Shown here: positions 58,409 through 64,000 of the stretch, piece after piece | Position numbering within the stretch: position 1 is the stretch's first letter | How the letters are laid out: each line of letters starts with the position of its first letter | Assembly (NCBI GenBank): GCA_965240325.2 | Contig: OZ251244.1 | Span: 868,001-932,000 of the forward strand | Direction of reading: 5' to 3' | Length of the DNA: 64,000 nt | Origin: Rebecca billardiae RCC1528 | Taxonomy: Eukaryota > Protista > Haptophyta | Notes under the pieces: generated by a model | The model's input: only the letters and a program-made list of their open reading frames with translations | The model's database searches: none | Told to the model about the DNA's origin: nothing | Position numbers and translations under genes: made by a program

Positions 58409-61400
58409 TTAGCCCTGCTTCATGTACAAGTTGCCAGCGGAGTCCTTCCTCGTCCGGAGATGTGGCTGCTGCGCACGCGGCTCCTCCACTGCTGCTCCAG
58501 ACTCGGCCTGAACACTCGGCGCATCGACAACCCCCACCACCGCCTCAAAGGCCTCCGATGCGGCCGGCGCGTCCTCGGCGCTCGCATCTGATGCCGACAT
58601 GGCGTCGTCCTCGATGTCCACGGCGTAGCCGCTGACGGTCGCAGGCGTCGCATCTTGCGCAGGGGTGCGGTCACCATCGGTGAGCTGAGCCTGAAAAGTG
58701 GTTAGGCTCGCCTGTAAGCCCGCGGCACCTTCCCGCTTGATCGCGAACGAGCCATTCACGGCGGGCCGCGGCTGCTCGGCGACATTGGCGACCGTGTTTG
58801 CGTCGAGCTGTGTGCGGAAGTCCGCGCCGAGTAGACGATCAAAGGTCTGCGCGATGTCCTCTTGCAGAGTGTGCACGGCGTCAACGCGCATGCGGTCGAA
58901 ATTCTGGCTCATGTCGTGGGTTGAGGCGAAAGCGAACTCGTCTGCAGTGCGCTGCCACTCGTTCACCGTTGCTCTGAGCACCTGCGACACGTACCGTCGT
59001 CGCTCGCGGTGCCCCTCGGCGAACAACTGCAGCTCGGGCCAGAACTTGGGGTACACGTCGGTGATGACGTCGCCTTGCTCGTGCTGCAGTCGGAGGACGA
59101 CGTCCAGACGTTGGCGGAGCTTTCGCGACTGCGTGCCGTCTTGCTTAATCCATGCGCGCATCTGTTCGATGGTCGTCATCATCTCCTGTTACACCGCAGC
59201 ACCGGGCCGCGCGGGCGCGGGAGTCACGTCAGCATGAGCCGATCGTGGGTGCGCATGGGTGGGGACGCCGCGGCGCACAGCCGTGGGTGGTGTGGCGTGG
59301 CGCGTGCCGTGCCAATCCACGCACCGTCTGACGCTGTATGAGGCGAGAGTCCCTGGCGACAAGCTGCTTTTCGTTGGAGTCGTCGTCCTTGAGGCCCATC
59401 TGCACGTGCTTTTCGTGAGAACCAGGCTTGCCGCCCTTCCGCTTGAGGAGCGTGACAACAACAGCGTGTAGCTGCGCCTGCCCGGCCCGCACGTCCTCGC
59501 GCTCGGCATCGTCGAGGGGCGTGTTGCCGAACCTGTCCTCTACATTGACGTCGATACCGTCCTGTTCGAGCAGGAAATGTGTCGCCGCCAGCTGGCCATT
59601 CGCCGCGGCGAGGTGTAGCGGTCGGCGCTTGTCATAGTCACCGTCGTTGGGCGAGCAGCGGTGTCCGATGAGGCGCTTCATGATGGCCACGTCGTCTTTC
59701 GCGGCGGCGGCGCACATGTTCGCGGCCACGTCAAACTGCCCAAAGGATGCCTGCAGTTCCAAGAGCAGCTCGGAGCACGCCGCCTGGCCATGGGAGAACG
59801 CTTCTTGCAGGGGCGTGCCGCCCCAACGATCCCGCACATTGACGTCAGCACCGTGCTCGACGAGAAGCTTGAGGTTGTCCACGCGCCCTTCCGCAGCAGC
59901 CACATGCATTGCGGTCCGCATGTCGTAGTCAGCGGCCGATGGGTCGCAGCCGTACGCGAGTAGTGCCTTCAGCTCTGCAAAACCTTCTGACCGCGAGGCA
60001 GCGTAGCAAAGCCGTTCCGCGGCATCGCTCAGGCTGAGCGTAGCGCCCTGCTCGCGCAGCAAACTCCCCGCCTGGTCTTGCCCGTGGCGGAGCGCGTCCT
60101 GCAGTGGCGTAGAGCCGTAGCGATCCTGCACGTTGACGTCCGCGTGCAGCGCGATGAGCAGCTGGACGGCCTTCAGATGCCCCTCGCTAGCGGCGAGGTG
60201 GAGGGCCCGGCGCTTGTCGTAGTCGCCCATGTTGACGTCGAGCGAGTTGGCAGTCACCAGCTGCTGGATCTCAGCGACGTCGCCCTTGGCGCTCGCATCG
60301 CACAGCCGCACGATGTAGCCGTCGATGCGCTTGGATTTCGCCTCGGTGATCATCTGCTCGCGCGCAAGCGTCGCGTACGAGTGCGAGTGCGACAGCCACG
60401 TACATCAAAGCAAGTTCGGGCGAGTCAGGGCAGGGCGTGCGTGCATCGCGGACAGGGTGCATTCGCAGCGGGGTGAAGCCGGCATCGCACGAGCTCCCTG
60501 CGGCATTGAGGGGCGGGCGTCGGCGCACACGCGGGCAACCTGCGTTGCGCACCTTCTGGATGGCGTTCACCTCCACCTCTGCGCCGATGACGGATTCGCC
60601 CATGCTGGACTCGGCGCCGTCTTTGTCGAACGCCGAGCCGGTTGATCGAGCTGTGCCGGGCACTGCGCCGGACAATTTGCTCCTCGCCGAGCGCGCAGTG
60701 AAGGCACCTATGCACACGCGCACGAAGTTGGGGAAGGTGAGCGGCGCAGCTTCCATCCAACGTTCTTGCTGCTGATAGAAAGCGGCGAGGGGGCCACCGG
60801 GCGCGCGCACCGTCAAATGTGTGCATGATGGTGTTCAACACAATGTCGCCCTGCAAGGGGAAGATCTTGTGCAGCATGCGGTAGTCATCCTGGACGAGCA
60901 CGAAGAGCTTGGTCTCCACGCCAGGCGCAGCGCGTGCGTTGTTGAAGTGGCGAAGGCCGAAGAAGAACGGCAGCTCGCCGACGGTCTCGGCCGGGCCGCT
61001 CGTAGCAACCATGTCGCCGTTGTCCGCCACGTCCTCCTCGTAGTCGTACACCTCGATGAGGCCGCTGTCGACGACGTAGAGCTCCTTCGACAGCTCGCCG
61101 GTGCGGAACAGGACCTGCTCCTGCTCCACAGAGCGCTCGCGCAGCACGGAGGCGAAGCGGTCGAGGAAGTTGTCCGTGCAGCCGCGCAGGATGGCCATGC
61201 CCCCGACGAGAGCGCGATTCGTGTACTTGGAGACCTCGATCTGAAGCGCGATCGGCATGCCGCGGTACACATCCTCGTCCTGGATGGACGAAAGCGAGGC
61301 GTCCTCGAGCCGGCTCTGGAAGAACACCTCGACGTCGTGCTTGAGCTCGTCCGGCACGCGGATGTGCGTCACGTACCACTGCACGAGTTCGAGCTGGCTG

Positions 61401-63955
61401 CGCTTCGAGACGATTTCGTCGTCCTGCTTCATCACGAGTGCGGAGATCTTGCCCACCGCCCAGGCGTAGACCGTCATGTTCCCAAGCATCATCAGGATCA
61501 CATACGCGAGCTCAAAGTAGTTTGCCGGCAGCTGCGGAAGGCCGAGGGTAGTGACCACCGCGAGCATGAAGTAGAGCGACGTTAGATACTGCCGCAGCAG
61601 CAGCGGGCGGCTGCTGCCGAAGTCGGGCACGTCGCCGTCGATGCTCTCGACGCCGCTGTAGTACAGGTCCGGCCACGCGTGCGCCGTGCCAGCATGGTAG
61701 CCGAGCACGTTCCAGACGCATGCGGCGTAGTGCGCGGCGATCGCGAGGATGCACAGGTAGTGCAGCAGGCCGACGAGCAGGTTGTCCGCGGAGGACTGCT
61801 TCTCCCACGCGCGGTACGCGGCGCGCACGTACCGCGTGTGGAGCAAGCGCGGGAGGCGGAGCATCAGCGCCAGCCACGGCGCCGCACCGAGCAGCAGCGC
61901 AAACAGGTCGAGCGGCACGACGGCGATCGCGTCGGGTGCGAAGTCGGTCGAGAGGTAGTGCGTGCGCATCTTGCGCGGGTCGGCGACGGTCACGGACGCC
62001 TCGGCGTCCGTGAAGGTGGTGATGAAGCCGAGCGCGAGCTTCGCCGCGTACACGACATCGCAGACGTAATTGACGGCGAGCAGCCCCGGCAGCTTCTGGC
62101 TCTCGCCGAGGAAGCACAGCTGCACGGGCAGCAGTAGCGCGTTCCACGCGGCAGCGAGGAGCAGCGCCTGCATGAAGCGCGAGTGCGCACCCCCTTCGTG
62201 CGCGAGGATGATGCTGCTGGCCCAGCCCGAGCTGTCGGAATGCGCGAAGTTGGCCGTGAGCGCCGCGTTCGCCTCGGCGTGCCGCTTCGCGCTGAGCGCG
62301 CGAGAGCGCTGCGCCGCGTCGTAGACGCGATCCGCAAACGTGCCTGCGCGCGCTCCTCCGGCGCCGACGAAAGCGGGCTCCTCATCGGCGGCAGCCAAGG
62401 CGCGACGCGCGCCGGAGCGTGGGAGCAGGTGGTCCGCGAGCGCGGCCCATGTCGCGGCGTTGTCGCCGGTGCCCTGCACGTTGAGCTCCAGCCCCGTCGT
62501 GCACCAGCCGAGCACTGCGCCCGGCGTGACCGAGCTCTTTGTGACGCACGAGCCGATGATGGCGGCGAGCGTGTCCACGTTAACGAGCGCGTCTGCTTGC
62601 AGCCGGCCGGAGGCAAACTTGGCCTTGATCTTGTCGACGACTGCGATGCGCACCTGCGGCGTCATCATCGCGCCAACGTCGACGCGCATGGCAGTGGACG
62701 CGGCGAGTGCCGCGTCCGGCTTGAATTGGAACGGCACGCAGCTCGACGCGACGCTCATCTGTGAGATGTTGGTCGGGCTGATCAGGCTGCCACTGCAGCT
62801 GCCGTTCATTGCGCCGGCGTTCTCGAGCGCGATCAGGCCCTTTGTGGAGAGGCCGGCGGCGCCTGCATGTGCCGCATCGTCCAGCTCATCCTCGTCGTCG
62901 CCCGAGCCCGCCGTGGCAAGGACCCAGTCGGCGGCACCCACGAGGAACTGCGAGCGCGGCAGCCGCTGCCGCCGGGGCGCGCGCCTGCCAGCGCCGTCCT
63001 CTTCGCTGCCGTTGTCACTGCCGTCATGCGCAGCGGCGCTCGCCGCGGCGAAGGAGGCGGCCGCCTCGGAGAGGAAGACGAGCAGCGATTTGATCTCGCG
63101 CGAGCCGAGGTCGCCGACGCTGCCCTGCATCCGCCTTACGTCCTTGATCGAGATCATCCCCTTGCCCGTGACGTCAAAGAGCGCAAACAGCCGGCTGAGT
63201 AGCTCGACCGCCTCGATCAGCTCAGCCACAGCGCGCAGGTCACTCCTCGCCGCCAGCTCGCCACCGGACGCGGTCGGCTGCGGCTCGGTCGCAGTGCTCT
63301 GCTTCGGCTGCTGTTGCGTGCACCCCTGCTGGAACGAGCGGCGCAAAAAGCTGCTGGCCCGAGGTCCCCGCGGCGGTGGCGAGAGGAAGCCGCCGCCCGC
63401 CCCTGGCGGCGGCGAGCGCAGGCCACTCCTCGCCCCAGACGGCGGCGAGGGGAGGCCGTCGCTCTCGCGCGCCTGCTCGCTGTCTCCGCCGCTGGGGTGG
63501 ACGCGTGTCCCGGCCGCATGGTCCTTCGTAAGCTGCTTCAGCCGCGACACGAGGCGCCAGTTGAGCTGGGAGTAATCGGCGGAGTCATCGTCGAGGTTTG
63601 CGTGTGTGTCTGGGCCTCCGTTGCCGCGAGAGGCCAAGGCTGCCGGCCCACCGCGCGCGTGCACGTCCAGGACGTGGTCGACAAACCGGCCGGAGAGCAG
63701 GAGCACCTTGAAGCCGAGCTCGCGCAGGCTGACGCGCACGTCCGCGTCCGATGGCAGCGCCTGGTCGTTGCTTTCGCTGTCTTCCTTCACGCGCGTGCCC
63801 GTGAGGAGGCTGATGATGGCTCCCGAGCCGCGGCGCACAGTGCCAAAGCGGCGGCCGGCGTCGGGGCTCCCGTCGTGGGTGGACGAGCGACCGCCGAGAG
63901 CGCTGATGCCGGCGATAGGCGCCTCTCGGCCTGACGACAAGCGCGAGCCGATCAT
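58409..63955 (-). CDS. Six-TM cation channel with EF-hand-like N-terminus, C-linker/CNBD and ankyrin repeats (~1700 aa; may start upstream of the window edge); exons 63955-60811, 60707-60553, 60353-59325, 59185-58409
   Basis: S1-S6 (DPRKMRTHYL..FAPDAIAVVPLD; S4 LMLRLPRLLH; pore YLTSLYFMLAVVTTLG). CNBD VLFRTGE..LYVVDSG..VGELPFFFG. Ankyrins DYDKRRALHLAASEG, DRYGSTPL, DYDMRTAMHVAAAEG, DRWGGTPL, DYDKRRPLHLAAANG, DRFGNTPL. Confidence 0.9.
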
Positions 63956-64000
63956 TGGGCTCGCCTCCCTCGACGCCCGCCCACTCGTCGGTGAGCTCGC

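Overview
Very GC-rich, intron-containing eukaryotic nuclear DNA. The composition, short GC-rich GT-AG introns and gene families suggest a haptophyte-like microalga; this is inference, not an identification. Most long overlapping Ala/Arg ORFs in the track are GC artefacts. Manual splicing gives about 17 plausible genes. These include a mitochondrial carrier (3' end), TTLL1, a cytochrome P450, a MORN-repeat protein, a shortened major-vault-protein-like gene and a Cys-repeat membrane protein. Further on are two large membrane proteins (one ending in a degenerate transglutaminase-like domain), a STOP1/ATMIN-type C2H2 protein, a sulfotransferase-like protein, a tandem winged-helix/IQ protein and a cytochrome b5-domain protein. 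The last third holds an MHYT-sensor/HET-TIR-like fusion, a PH/alpha-beta-hydrolase fusion, an XopQ/HopQ1-like nucleoside hydrolase-TM-TIR-like fusion, a secreted Cys protein and a CNBD-ankyrin cation channel with a non-GYG filter. Mobile DNA comprises two copies of a ~1.1 kb foldback element with ~400 bp arms (one with a 7-bp TSD) and an 852 bp TIR element inside (TA)n. The best candidates for new biology are the XopQ-like/TIR-like and MHYT/HET-like fusions, which lie near a cyclic-nucleotide-type channel (43-64 kb), and the mini-MVP. All domain calls are by-eye motif recognition; no searches were run.
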